From: Segetibacter sp.
GTDB lineage: Bacteria > Bacteroidota > Bacteroidia > Chitinophagales > Chitinophagaceae
Assembly (NCBI GenBank): GCA_031424295.1
Contig: JANPHE010000273.1
Coordinates: 1,832 to 65,831, forward strand
Direction of reading: 5' to 3'
DNA length: 64,000 nucleotides
Below, piece after piece: positions 37,094 through 46,966 of the stretch (position 1 is its first letter; every line of letters begins with the position of its first letter). Made by a program: the position numbers and the translations under genes. The notes below the pieces were generated by a model. The model saw only the letters and a list, made by a program, of their open reading frames with translations. It did no database searches and had not been told where the DNA came from.

Positions 37094-38272
37094 ATGATAA
37101 GGATATACATCATATTGTTTTTTATGGCTATTGGAGTTATTGGATTTGCACAATCTGATACAGTCAAGCCTGTAAAGGTTGCAGTATTCATTCCAATGCA
37201 CGTCGGTGAGGTTTTTAAAGGTGGGCAATATTCTTATGATGATAATACAAGGTTGCCCAAGTACATAATGCCAGGCCTTGAATTTTATAACGGCGTAATG
37301 CTTGCAATTGATAGTTTAGAACAAGAAGGAATAAAAGCAGAAATTTCAATCTATGATACCAAAAAAATAGGTCAATCACTTGATCAACTGTTAGAAAGTC
37401 CAGAATTGAAAAGTGTCCAGATGGTCATTGTTGCTTTAACCAATACGAATGAGTTGAAATCATTTTCGAAGTTTGGACAAAATATGAATGTCCCGATTAT
37501 CTCTGCTACTTACCCAAACATCGTTGGAGTAACAGAGAATCCGTTTTTTGTATTGCTGAATTCTTCTTTTCAATCCCATCTTCAAGGCATTTATAGGTAT
37601 ATGCTAAAATATAATAGTATAGACAACATTATTGCCATTAGTAAAAAAGGCGCAACTGAGGACTACATAAAAACTTTCATAAATGCACAAAATAAATCTG
37701 CAACTATACCCATTAACATTAAATGGGTTGATGTGAATGACTCTTCATTTGAGTTTTCAAACATTGAATCCAATATGGATTCTACAAAGGAAAATGTTGT
37801 ATTTGTAGCGTCTCCATCAGAAAGTTTTGGGCTAAAAGTTGTAAAGGAACTGTCGAATAATGAGTTGTATAATACAACAGCCATTGGAATGCCCACTTGG
37901 GATGGGGTTAAAAGCATGGATAAGTGGGAGTGTAAAAATGTGACAGTTGTTTATTCAACTCCATTTTTGTATTCAAACCAAAATCCAGGACTAAATACTC
38001 ATCTCAATGAAGTTTACCGAGAAAAATTCTTTTGCAGACCTAGCGACATGGTTTTTAAAGGATATGAAACGTTGTATCATTTTACAAAATTGTTGATAAA
38101 GCATCGAGCCAACTTAATCAACAACCTTTACGATAAAGATTTCGTTTTGTTTAATCAGTTTAATCTAGAACCAGTAAGACTAAAGCCAAACAATTTCAAG
38201 CCAGATTATATTGAAAATAAAAAGCTATATTTCATAAAAAAACAACAAGGGATTATTAAAGGTATTCTTTAA
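37094..38272 (+). CDS. Periplasmic-binding-protein type 1-like secreted protein
   Basis: The signal peptide starts at MIRIYIILFFMAIGVIGFAQ. The alternating beta-alpha pattern (VKVAVFIPM..., VIVALTN..., VPIISAT...) resembles Leu/Ile/Val-binding-type receptors. The assignment is weak. Confidence 0.4.
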   Translation: MIRIYIILFFMAIGVIGFAQSDTVKPVKVAVFIPMHVGEVFKGGQYSYDDNTRLPKYIMPGLEFYNGVMLAIDSLEQEGIKAEISIYDTKKIGQSLDQLLESPELKSVQMVIVALTNTNELKSFSKFGQNMNVPIISATYPNIVGVTENPFFVLLNSSFQSHLQGIYRYMLKYNSIDNIIAISKKGATEDYIKTFINAQNKSATIPINIKWVDVNDSSFEFSNIESNMDSTKENVVFVASPSESFGLKVVKELSNNELYNTTAIGMPTWDGVKSMDKWECKNVTVVYSTPFLYSNQNPGLNTHLNEVYREKFFCRPSDMVFKGYETLYHFTKLLIKHRANLINNLYDKDFVLFNQFNLEPVRLKPNNFKPDYIENKKLYFIKKQQGIIKGIL

Positions 38273-38564
38273 ATAATTCTCTTTTTCTAGACATTAATTA
38301 TCCAATTAATTGTAATGGAAAACCTCTGGATTTTGAAGTAATATATTGGAAGATTTATCAATTGAAATGATAAATTTCATTACTACTTCTATAACTATTT
38401 CCTTCACTGTTTTTTAGCTTTACGTTGGCCAGAAGCAAATCATTTGCAATTGGGCATAAAATGGAAATATTTATACAATCTATAGGTAGTAATTTATGTT
38501 TTAACAATTAAAACAAATCGAATTCCGGCGAGAAAAGCGACAAAAATATTTCTTAATCACCTCA

Positions 38565-39611
38565 TCATTGAGGTTTCATTACCATTACATTAAAGGACGC
38601 ACCTGCTGGAATGTTTTTTGTACTAGTCTGGTTAAATATCACCCAATTTGAGCCCGTCCATGAAACTCCAATAGGAGTGTTGTTATAAATGCTTGGACCA
38701 TTAGGGTTCAAATTTGGGGTTACTATTAAAATATCTGTAGCCAAAGGGGTGTCATAAGTTAATGTCGTTTTATTTGCAGTGATGTTTCCTAAGGATGCTG
38801 TATGAATAAAGACCGATTTGATGGGGTTGACTGGAAGTGATTTCCAGGTGGCATTGCCAACAGTATCACTTGTTAGTACTTTACCCTCACCTTCATTTAT
38901 TCCTTGCATTCGTAGTTTTCCTGAACTATGTAAAGCGAGTCCTGAATCAGAGGATGTTCGTAATGCATTTCCTTTTACAGTAAAAAAGCCTCCACCTATG
39001 CCAGTATTTCCTGCGAGGCCAATTATGCCATAACTGCCAGTTTCGAAGGCAGAAGTAAATTCATTACCGGGCCGTGCCGAACCTACCACAGCTGCGCCTA
39101 ATTCGCTATAAATTCTAGCATTTAAACCAAAGGATAAGTTGGTTCCAAATGTATTGTTGATAATGTAAATCGCATCCTTTAGGTTGGAAGCAATATTCAT
39201 TTGGGCCGTTGGAGAAATAGGCGCATTGATAGCGCCAAGTCCATTTTCATCAAAGCGCATTCTTATTTGATCGTTGGTTCCAAAATATAATTTGCTGTTT
39301 CCAGATGCAGCAATCAAAATAGGACCACTATTGAATATTCGTGCAAGGTGAGCAGAAGAAACTCCGAAGACTGTGACATTTGAAGTCCCCCCATACCTTG
39401 AAAAATCGGCCATTGCTACACCATTTTTTAGGTTAACGCCACTCAATGCAGTATCAGAAGGATTTTCAATAATTATTGATAGATTACCAGAACTTCCATC
39501 TGTTCCTGCTACATGTAGTTTACCGGTTGGATTAGAAGTTCCAATTCCAATATTCTGAGATATGGCATTGTAAGTAGGTAATAATAGCAATGCAATTAAG
39601 AATTTTTTCAT
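38565..39611 (-). CDS. Secreted protein with tail-fibre-like motifs, function unknown
   Basis: Signal peptide, then NIGIGTSNPTGKLHV and later GKVLTSDTVGNATWKSL. I associate both motifs with phage-tail-fibre-like or endosialidase-chaperone-associated proteins of Bacteroidota. Confidence 0.4.
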   Translation of the reverse strand: MKKFLIALLLLPTYNAISQNIGIGTSNPTGKLHVAGTDGSSGNLSIIIENPSDTALSGVNLKNGVAMADFSRYGGTSNVTVFGVSSAHLARIFNSGPILIAASGNSKLYFGTNDQIRMRFDENGLGAINAPISPTAQMNIASNLKDAIYIINNTFGTNLSFGLNARIYSELGAAVVGSARPGNEFTSAFETGSYGIIGLAGNTGIGGGFFTVKGNALRTSSDSGLALHSSGKLRMQGINEGEGKVLTSDTVGNATWKSLPVNPIKSVFIHTASLGNITANKTTLTYDTPLATDILIVTPNLNPNGPSIYNNTPIGVSWTGSNWVIFNQTSTKNIPAGASFNVMVMKPQ

Positions 39612-39926
39612 AAGTGCTTTTTTAAGATTAGCAAAGTAAACACTGTTTGATTGTATTCCCTTACAAAATCGAACTTTAATTTAATATCATTATTTTATAA
39701 ATAACAAATATTTTAATTTTATTTTTTATTATTACGCGACCAAGTAAACCAAAATTTCCTTTTTGAAAATTTTTATAAACTATTATGATATTTTATTACC
39801 AGTCGCATTTCTTTTATTAATTAGCCAATGTACTTCTGCACTAATATTGTCTCAAAATCAATGATGTTTTTCATATCTTTTTTGTACTTTTGCAGCCCGG
39901 TTTTTAAAAACACGCCGGATTAATTT

Positions 39927-41957
39927 ATGGCTGAAAACGAAATTCTTAACCTGTCTGCTGACCAGGCAGACCCAAACGCTGAAGCACAGGAGACTGCTGA
40001 AGTAACTGCCACTGCAGATACTGAAGCTACTACAGCGACAACAAATGAACCTGAGCAGGCTATCGAAGTGGTAGCTGGAACTGTTGCAGTAACTGAAGAA
40101 GTTGCAGTAACTGAGGACCCAATTGAACAACCAGTAGTTGTTGTAAGAGCTCCAAGAGTTGAAACGCCACATGACGATTTTGACTGGAGTATTGATAAAC
40201 GCAATGTAAGCACTTACAACAAAGCTGAAAGGGAGAAGTATGATTCGGTGTACGACAACACTTTTGTACAAATCAATGACGGCGAAATCATTATTGGATC
40301 TATCGTTGCCTTGACTAAGACAGATGCGGTTATCAACATCGGTTTCAAAAGCGATGGTCTAATTTCTCTCAATGAATTTCGCGACAACCCAGGCCTACAG
40401 GTTGGGGACGAAGTAGAAGTCATGGTTGTAGAAAAAGAAGACAGAGCAGGTCACCTTCACCTTAGCCGCAAATCTGCAAGAATGTCCCGTGCATGGGAAC
40501 GTATTGTTGATGTGCATAAGACCGGAGAAGTTATTACCGGACTTGTTACCAGCAAAACCAAAGGCGGCCTTATTGTGGATGTATTTGGTATGGAAACATT
40601 CTTGCCAGGTAGTCAGATTGATGTGAAGCCTGTAACTGATTATGATCAGTTTGTAGGTAAAACAATGGAGTTTAAGGTAGTTAAGATCAACGAGGCAATT
40701 AAAAATGCTGTAGTATCTCATAAAGCACTTATCGAAAGTGACATAGAAGCTCAAAGAGCAGAGATTATGTCTAAGCTTGAGAAAGGGCAAGTATTGGAAG
40801 GAACCATCAAAAACATCACTGACTTTGGGGCATTTATGGACCTTGGTGGATTGGATGGTTTATTGTACATCACAGATATCAGTTGGGGAAGGATCAACCA
40901 CCCTACAGAGGTATTGAAATTAGATCAGAGATTAAACGTGGTTGTATTGGATTTCGACGACGACAAAAAACGTATCAGTCTTGGTCTAAAGCAACTTACT
41001 CCTCACCCTTGGGATGTGCTGCCTGAAACCATCAAAGAAAATGAAGTGGTAAAAGGTAAAGTCGTTAACATCGAAGATTACGGTGCTTTCCTTGAAATAT
41101 TGCCAGGAGTTGAGGGTTTAGTTCACGTAAGCGAAATTACATGGGCTAATACACCAATCAATGCGAAAGAATTCTTCAAACTTGGAGATGAGTACGAAGC
41201 TAAGATTGTAACTCTTGATAAGGATACTCGTAAGATGAGCCTTTCAATTAAGCAAATGACCGATGATCCTTGGACTGCAATTGAGAATAAATTCCCAGAA
41301 GCAAGCAAGCACAAAGGGCTAGTTAAGAACATTACCCCTTATGGTGTATTTGTAGAACTTGAGCCTGGTATTGGTGGAATGATACACATCAGCGACCTAA
41401 GTTGGTTGAAGCGTTACAATCATCCAGGAGAATATACCAAAGTAGGTGAGTACATTGATGTAATTATCATGGGTATTGATAAAGAAAACCGCAAACTACA
41501 GTTAGGTCATAAGCAACTGGAAGAAGATCCTTGGAATGCATTAGAGGATACTTTTGGAGTTGGAACTATTCATGAAGGTACTATTACTCGTAAAGATGAC
41601 AAAGGTGCTACTGTTCAATTACCTTATGGATTAGAAGGGTTTGCACCTGCTCGTCATTTGGCTAAAGAAGATGGCAAAAGTGTTGGTGTAGACGAGCATG
41701 CGCAATTTATGGTTATTGAATTTGACCGTAATGATAAACGCATTGTTGTAAGCCACACCCGACTTTGGGAACAAGTTATCCAGGAAGAAAAAGATGCTGC
41801 TAGAAAAGAGGCAAGAGTAGAAGCTGAAAAAACAACCAAAGCTGTAAAAAGTATACAGACTAAAGTTGAGAAAGCTACTCTTGGTGATTTAAGTGCGCTT
41901 GCTTCTATAAAGGAGAAATTGCAACAAGAAGAGGGAGAAGGCGGAGAGAGTAAATAA
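39927..41957 (+). CDS. rpsA: 30S ribosomal protein S1 with an acidic N-terminal extension
   Basis: Six S1/OB repeats (for example GEIIIGSIVALTK, GEVITGLVTSKTKGG, GQVLEGTIKNITDFGAFMDLGG, VVKGKVVNIEDYGAFLEI, HKGLVKNITPYGVFVEL, IHEGTITRKDDKGATVQL). Confidence 0.95.
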   Translation: MAENEILNLSADQADPNAEAQETAEVTATADTEATTATTNEPEQAIEVVAGTVAVTEEVAVTEDPIEQPVVVVRAPRVETPHDDFDWSIDKRNVSTYNKAEREKYDSVYDNTFVQINDGEIIIGSIVALTKTDAVINIGFKSDGLISLNEFRDNPGLQVGDEVEVMVVEKEDRAGHLHLSRKSARMSRAWERIVDVHKTGEVITGLVTSKTKGGLIVDVFGMETFLPGSQIDVKPVTDYDQFVGKTMEFKVVKINEAIKNAVVSHKALIESDIEAQRAEIMSKLEKGQVLEGTIKNITDFGAFMDLGGLDGLLYITDISWGRINHPTEVLKLDQRLNVVVLDFDDDKKRISLGLKQLTPHPWDVLPETIKENEVVKGKVVNIEDYGAFLEILPGVEGLVHVSEITWANTPINAKEFFKLGDEYEAKIVTLDKDTRKMSLSIKQMTDDPWTAIENKFPEASKHKGLVKNITPYGVFVELEPGIGGMIHISDLSWLKRYNHPGEYTKVGEYIDVIIMGIDKENRKLQLGHKQLEEDPWNALEDTFGVGTIHEGTITRKDDKGATVQLPYGLEGFAPARHLAKEDGKSVGVDEHAQFMVIEFDRNDKRIVVSHTRLWEQVIQEEKDAARKEARVEAEKTTKAVKSIQTKVEKATLGDLSALASIKEKLQQEEGEGGESK

Positions 41958-41982
41958 TATTCTAATTTTCCTTGAGTTATAT

Positions 41983-42016
41983 AAATGCCCCCGGTTTCCC
42001 GGGGGCATTTTATTTT
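41983..42016 (+). terminator. Rho-independent terminator after rpsA
   Basis: aaatgcccccgg / ccgggggcattt perfect 12-bp stem with a 4-nt loop (tttc), then a T-rich tail. Confidence 0.9.
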
Positions 42017-42401
42017 GGGTTGTACTACTTTTCTTTTAGGTAAGTTATTTTTTTTAAGATGCGGCCACAGGATTTTTATAAAATCATATTACCCGCCTCG
42101 GGTCTACTGAAAGGAAATCTTCGCTGTTAACAAAAAATGCTATTATGAGGTAATTTCTAGCTATTATATCTTTGGGGAACAATTCGCAATAACGGAGGAA
42201 CAAAATGGATGTTGTAATCCCGATATATGTTGAATATTTGTCCTGATAGTTGTTAACTAAGCAGGGGTTTATGGCTGGCACACAAGGCATTGAAAGAATA
42301 CCCCCACCAAGACTAAAAACGTGCTTTAAGCAACTTACAATTGAATTGATAGCAATTGTAAAGGTTAATTTTTCTTTTGCTACTCAAAGCATCCAAACAA
42401 T

Positions 42402-42446
42402 AAAACAAGGAGCCTTAGGGATACTAAAGCTCCTTGTTTTTATTTA
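42402..42446 (-). terminator. Hairpin terminator after the ferritin-like gene pair (possibly bidirectional)
   Basis: aaaacaaggagc (42402-42413) pairs with gctccttgtttt (42429-42440). Both flanks are T-rich on their respective strands. Confidence 0.7.
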
Positions 42447-42463
42447 GACAAAAAGGAAAGACT

Positions 42464-43327
42464 TTATACAATAAAAGGATTTACGATAGCCAATACTTCA
42501 GACTTTGTTAATGGTTCATCAAATGCTTCGGAGGCTATTTCGTTAGTAAATGACCTTCCGCCTACTGTAAGAATATCTACACCTGCTTGTGTAGTTGCTT
42601 CATCACCATTGTAACTTGCTTGCACATAAGCATCGTATGGAGCACCAATGCCACTTTGTTTTAGAGTAACCCAAGGCTTCAAAACAATACCAGAAGGTAC
42701 TGCACCCGAAGCACCAAGTGCCCTTCTCATTTGCCTAATGTGTGAAGCATGTCTTCCTTCGACAGAATGAATATTCAAAGCAGCAGTTAGTACATCATTA
42801 TTAGACATCAAAGCTGTAGCCTGCCCTTTATATGCTCTTACACCTGTATCTTCAAAAGTTTGTGCCATTGCCAACTGTATTGCGTAACTAGCTTGGTAGC
42901 CGCTAAATGGGCCTGTACCTGAACCATTACCCGCAGTAAAATCAAATGTTGGTTTTGATACAGCCGCAGAACCTAAAACAGTTTTTAAAAATATAACGTG
43001 GTTACGCTCATCATTGGCAATTTTAGATAAAGCTCCCTGTGCTGCAGTGGGTATAGTAGCATAAACTGGAGAAGCAACAACATTGCTATAAAACTCAGCT
43101 TCCAAATATTCTAGTGTTAAGGCAAAATTTAAAACAGCATTAATGTCTGCTGAAGTTTGTCCATACGCTTTGCTAAATACAGAAGATAAAGCCAAAGGAA
43201 TTGCAGCCATTGTTAGTTTTCCTGACATGTTTGCAAACCCCTTCATGATATTTCTTCTTGTATCTAATCTTTCATAAACTTCCAGATCTACTTTTTCTAT
43301 TTCGTTCATTATTTTCGAAAAATTCAT
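42464..43327 (-). CDS. Ferritin-like domain protein with a Tat-type signal
   Basis: The N-terminal RRNIMKGFANMSGKLTMAAIPLAL is twin-arginine-like. LNFALTLEYLEAEFY ... NDERNHVIFL ... FEDTGVRAYKG ... SVEGRHASHIR are di-iron-type helices of the Ferritin_2 family. Confidence 0.7.
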   Translation of the reverse strand: MNFSKIMNEIEKVDLEVYERLDTRRNIMKGFANMSGKLTMAAIPLALSSVFSKAYGQTSADINAVLNFALTLEYLEAEFYSNVVASPVYATIPTAAQGALSKIANDERNHVIFLKTVLGSAAVSKPTFDFTAGNGSGTGPFSGYQASYAIQLAMAQTFEDTGVRAYKGQATALMSNNDVLTAALNIHSVEGRHASHIRQMRRALGASGAVPSGIVLKPWVTLKQSGIGAPYDAYVQASYNGDEATTQAGVDILTVGGRSFTNEIASEAFDEPLTKSEVLAIVNPFIV

Positions 43328-43338
43328 AAAATATGGTT

Positions 43339-44031
43339 TTAAGAGGTTGGTAAATTGCTTGCGTTAAGCTTTGTTTTAATGTAGGTACCGGCTATTGCCA
43401 AAACCTCAATAGGTGATTTGGCAATATCTAGTCCATTTGAGTCAACAGAGTCTGCAAATGTTCCATTCATAATAAGATCACGAATAAGTGCAGCATGCCT
43501 AGCTTCTACAGAAACAATTTTTCCTGCTAAGTTTAGGTATTTAGGATCGGCAATTAATTTTCCGGCTCCATTATATGCACTTACACCTAAATCTTCAAAA
43601 GCCATAGCTGTCGCCAAAACGCTGGCTCTGCTAGAGAAATCAATGCTACTGAAATCAAATTCAAGTGAAGCTATTGCGTTTGAACCTAGAGCAGCTTTAA
43701 AAAATTCACGATGTATTACTTCGTGGTCTTTTATGTCATTAAGGTAAGTGTTTTCCAATGATGTAATGCCTGCGTAGGGAGTAATACGAGTTTGAGTATA
43801 GAATGCTGCTTCTAATTGTTCTAAGGCATAGGCATAGTTTAAAATGCCCACATCGCCGCTTCCCAAATTAATTCCTTTACCTTCTATTACATCATCTTTG
43901 TTACAAGCTGCCGCAACGGTAACAACAGCCATAGACCCTCCAAATAATTTCAGTAAATTTCTTCGTTGTAACCCATGTTGGGTTATTGTTTTTTCCCCTT
44001 GTACAGGTGGATCAAAGTTTTCTTTTTGCAT
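43339..44031 (-). CDS. Ferritin-like domain protein with a Tat-type signal (paralogue)
   Basis: RRNLLKLFGGSMAVVTVAAAC combines a twin-arginine motif with a lipobox-like Cys. It also carries LNYAYALEQLEAAFY, IKDHEVIHREFF, FEDLGVSAYNG and SVEARHAALIR. Confidence 0.7.
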   Translation of the reverse strand: MQKENFDPPVQGEKTITQHGLQRRNLLKLFGGSMAVVTVAAACNKDDVIEGKGINLGSGDVGILNYAYALEQLEAAFYTQTRITPYAGITSLENTYLNDIKDHEVIHREFFKAALGSNAIASLEFDFSSIDFSSRASVLATAMAFEDLGVSAYNGAGKLIADPKYLNLAGKIVSVEARHAALIRDLIMNGTFADSVDSNGLDIAKSPIEVLAIAGTYIKTKLNASNLPTS

Positions 44032-44328
44032 GTTTATTTTTTTTATTGAATAATGAAAAGACCTGTTTGAAATAACAAAGACTTTTTACTACACCCTTAC
44101 AAGAAGGGCATTTAATAAAAGATAATCTGCCATCCTATTGGTTTTTTTTCATGGTGAAACCAATTTTTATTCATATTATATACTTCTTTTTTTTACAAAT
44201 AGTTTTATATTCTTAAAATAAAGTGATGGATAAAATTGTTGTAAAAAATGTGCGCACAAAATCATCACTATTTGTACTAAAACCCTCAATTAGACCGTAG
44301 TTCATTTTAATTTCTTATCTAAAGCGTT

Positions 44329-44910
44329 TTACATTTTAGCACATTCTTTTTGACAAACTAAAGAATGGTCTAGGTGTGTACGAAGAGCAGGAAGTAAAGA
44401 AGCTGCCCATGCTTTTATGTCTAGGTCGGAGCACTCGGTAGATGCTTTTTCAAATAATGCAATTGCATCTTTATGTCCATCTACCATCATCTTGCTAAAT
44501 TCATTTCCAAAATCATTTCCCGATTTTTGGTTTAGCCTATTATAAGCATCTTGTCCATTATCCGTTTGAGCAGTTGGCAATGAAATATTTTTGGTTTTTG
44601 CCATAGCAGTTAATTCGGCCAATGCTTTTGTATGATCGACTTCCATCATTTTACCTAATTCTTTTACATGGTTGGTAGTACCTTTTTGCTGGGCCAATTT
44701 TCCTAAGCTTATTTCTTGCCTGTGTATTGCTGCGGCATCTACAAGAAATTGTGCATCTTTTTCATTTTTGTTATCTTCAAATTTTGCATTGTTGTACTCC
44801 TCTGCTACATCTTTTGTGTCTTCAGTTTTGCTGTCGTCACAAGATTGTAATCCCAGCATTGCAACAATGAAAAGCGTAGCCAGTAAAATTTTTGATTTGT
44901 AATTTTTCAT
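44329..44910 (-). CDS. DUF4142-domain lipoprotein
   Basis: The lipobox LQSC is followed by DAQFLVDAAAIHRQEISLGKLAQQKGT..VKELGKMMEVDHTKALAEL and a second half FSKMMVDGHKDAIALFEKA, typical of the duplicated four-helix DUF4142. Confidence 0.7.
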   Translation of the reverse strand: MKNYKSKILLATLFIVAMLGLQSCDDSKTEDTKDVAEEYNNAKFEDNKNEKDAQFLVDAAAIHRQEISLGKLAQQKGTTNHVKELGKMMEVDHTKALAELTAMAKTKNISLPTAQTDNGQDAYNRLNQKSGNDFGNEFSKMMVDGHKDAIALFEKASTECSDLDIKAWAASLLPALRTHLDHSLVCQKECAKM

Positions 44911-45094
44911 TTAATATTAATATTATTTTATAAATAAATTTCTATAATGTAAAGCTAGAATTCATTATTTGAGTAGGTGTTATACAATTTTTGAGAAAAG
45001 TTGTAAGATTTTTAGTGAAGGCAAAATATAATCAATGTGGGCAGATGATAGCTAGCTAAAAGAGCATTGAGGTTTATATTAATTAGAAAAGAAA

Positions 45095-45179
45095 TTCCCC
45101 ATACTCCCTAAGTGTTCTTATTTAAGAACAGCCTGATTGTTCAAGGACTTACTGCAGTGAGAACTTGAACGTAAGATAA
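45095..45179. repeat. Copy B of the ~85-nt noncoding element
   Basis: It has the same conserved blocks and orientation as 3567-3650. The hairpin has an outer stem ttcaag (45140-45145) / cttgaa (45164-45169) and an inner stem cttac (45148-45152) / gtgag (45157-45161), with loop tgca. Confidence 0.6.
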
Positions 45180-45878
45180 ATAGAGGATTGTGACCTCCTG
45201 TCGTTGAAACACTTGTAACGCTCATTGGGAAAACAAGCTAATCAATGTTTTCAAAAGCATATTTTTATTGTCTTTATTATCTTTAAAAGAAAATGAAATA
45301 GGTTAGGCTACTCTTTTTTCGGAGCAGGTTTTTTTTTAAAAAAAACACAGATAAGAGTACTGCATTTATCTATGCATCGAGGTACCATTATGAACATCTC
45401 GAAGAGCGGGGTTTTAGTAGGATTGTAATGAGTAAATCACTTTTTTTCCAATAAATACATATCCAACTTCTCAGCCCATTTTACAGGTATCGTAATTACC
45501 TTACCTAAACTATTTTTTCTATTGTTCTATTTCGTTTAATGTGCGATTTGTCCTACATCATATCAAAGTGACTCCAACTTTGCTGTTTCCGATGTTTTTA
45601 TAAATTGCAAAGCTCGTTGATCTCAGGGTCTATTGCTTTGCTTCTTCAATAGCTAAATGTCACATTCACTTCCTCTTTTGCATCTCATAAGGATACCCGA
45701 AACTTCCCAGTTTTTTTTATTTCTAAAATAATTTTATAATAGTTTTCAGGAGACAAAAATCTTTCTTTTAAAAATAAGTAGTCAAAGGGAAATGAAGTAG
45801 AATCAAAATTGGTAATGAAATAGGGACTACTATTTAGATCAATATTTCATATGTTTCGTTGAATCCAATTTATTAAAG

Positions 45879-45912
45879 CAAAAAAAGAGGCTGTCTTGAA
45901 AAGGCAGCCTCT
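45879..45912 (-). terminator. Rho-independent terminator for the minus-strand coiled-coil gene
   Basis: gaggctgtc (45887-45895) pairs with ggcagcctc (45903-45911). On the minus strand it is followed by a T7 run (complement of the A-run at 45880-45886). Confidence 0.85.
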
Positions 45913-45933
45913 CGTATTTTATTTAATTAGCTA

Positions 45934-46926
45934 TTAACCAAATAATCCACCTTTCTTAAGTGTTTTTGATCCTTCTCCAATTTTAAATCCATTGTGGTAA
46001 ACTTCAATTTTGTAGGTTCCCAATTGATATTTCCCTTCTTGCTTCCAATCAAAACTAACAGGTGTTTTTTTACCTTGCTCGTAAGGGACTAATACTTTAT
46101 TGGTATAGGTTTTAGTGCCGTCTTCTCTTGTTTCAAATGTGCCACTTCCAGTGGCCATAGTTACAGCTTTTCCGTCTGGACCTGTTACTAATACAAATAG
46201 TTCTTTGGTTCCTGTAGGAGATACCCTATTTTCATCAATTTGAAATCCGATTCTTAAAACATCTACTCTTTTGGCTGTAGTTGTTTCTTTTTCTTTACCA
46301 CTTCCTTTAATGTCAAGCGTAGTGATGTTCATATTGCTGGCATGAAGTGTAGAGGCAATATCTTCTACGTTTTTCTTAGCGGCCTCAGTAGAGTTTAGGT
46401 TTTCCTGAAGCTGGCTTTTTTCAGTTGTTAATTGTTGTTTATCTGTAGATAACTGAGTATTCGTGGTGGTTAATTGTTCATTTTCTCCTTTTAAACGCTG
46501 AATCTCAGCAAACATATCATCAATTCGGCCATTCAGTTTCGCTATGAGCTCTTTTGCATTTTTGAGGTCGGTGGCAGAAGCATTCTTCTTCTTTGTAAGT
46601 CCTGAGATCTGACTTTTTAGTCCATCTATTTCTACTTGCCTTTCAGCTAGCGCACCTTGCAATTGAGTATTACTTCCAGTTGCGGAATCCAGCCTTGCTA
46701 AAGCTACATCATATTCATTCTGAATTTCATTGCGCGCAGAATCAACATTGGTATACTGCGTTTGCAATTGTTCAATTGAGTCGGAAGTTCTACTTTTATC
46801 CCAAATAAGGTAACCCCATGTACCAAGTAAGATTGCAATAAGAACTCCAATTACAATTTTTAGCTGGTCATTCTTTGGAGCAGATTGTTGTGGACTAATC
46901 GATGTGTTTTCTGAATTGTACGCCAT
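45934..46926 (-). CDS. Membrane-anchored coiled-coil protein with a C-terminal beta-rich domain, function unknown
   Basis: An N-terminal TM helix (IVIGVLIAILLGTWGYLIW), ~170 aa of heptad-like Q/E/L-rich sequence, then a beta-strand-rich ~120-aa domain. Confidence 0.5.
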   Translation of the reverse strand: MAYNSENTSISPQQSAPKNDQLKIVIGVLIAILLGTWGYLIWDKSRTSDSIEQLQTQYTNVDSARNEIQNEYDVALARLDSATGSNTQLQGALAERQVEIDGLKSQISGLTKKKNASATDLKNAKELIAKLNGRIDDMFAEIQRLKGENEQLTTTNTQLSTDKQQLTTEKSQLQENLNSTEAAKKNVEDIASTLHASNMNITTLDIKGSGKEKETTTAKRVDVLRIGFQIDENRVSPTGTKELFVLVTGPDGKAVTMATGSGTFETREDGTKTYTNKVLVPYEQGKKTPVSFDWKQEGKYQLGTYKIEVYHNGFKIGEGSKTLKKGGLFG

Positions 46927-46966
46927 TTTTTTTTGTTTATTTTTATAAAATTAAAAGAGATATTAA

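Noticed and set aside
39858-40271. Two minus-strand ORFs (137 and 97 aa) at the start of rpsA
   Set aside because: They are antisense to the Ala/Thr/Glu-rich N-terminal extension of S1 and are a compositional artefact.
42084-42447. ORFs 42084-42290 (-) and 42250-42447 (+) between rpsA and the ferritin-like genes
   Set aside because: They have no motifs, they overlap each other, and the second runs through the terminator hairpin.
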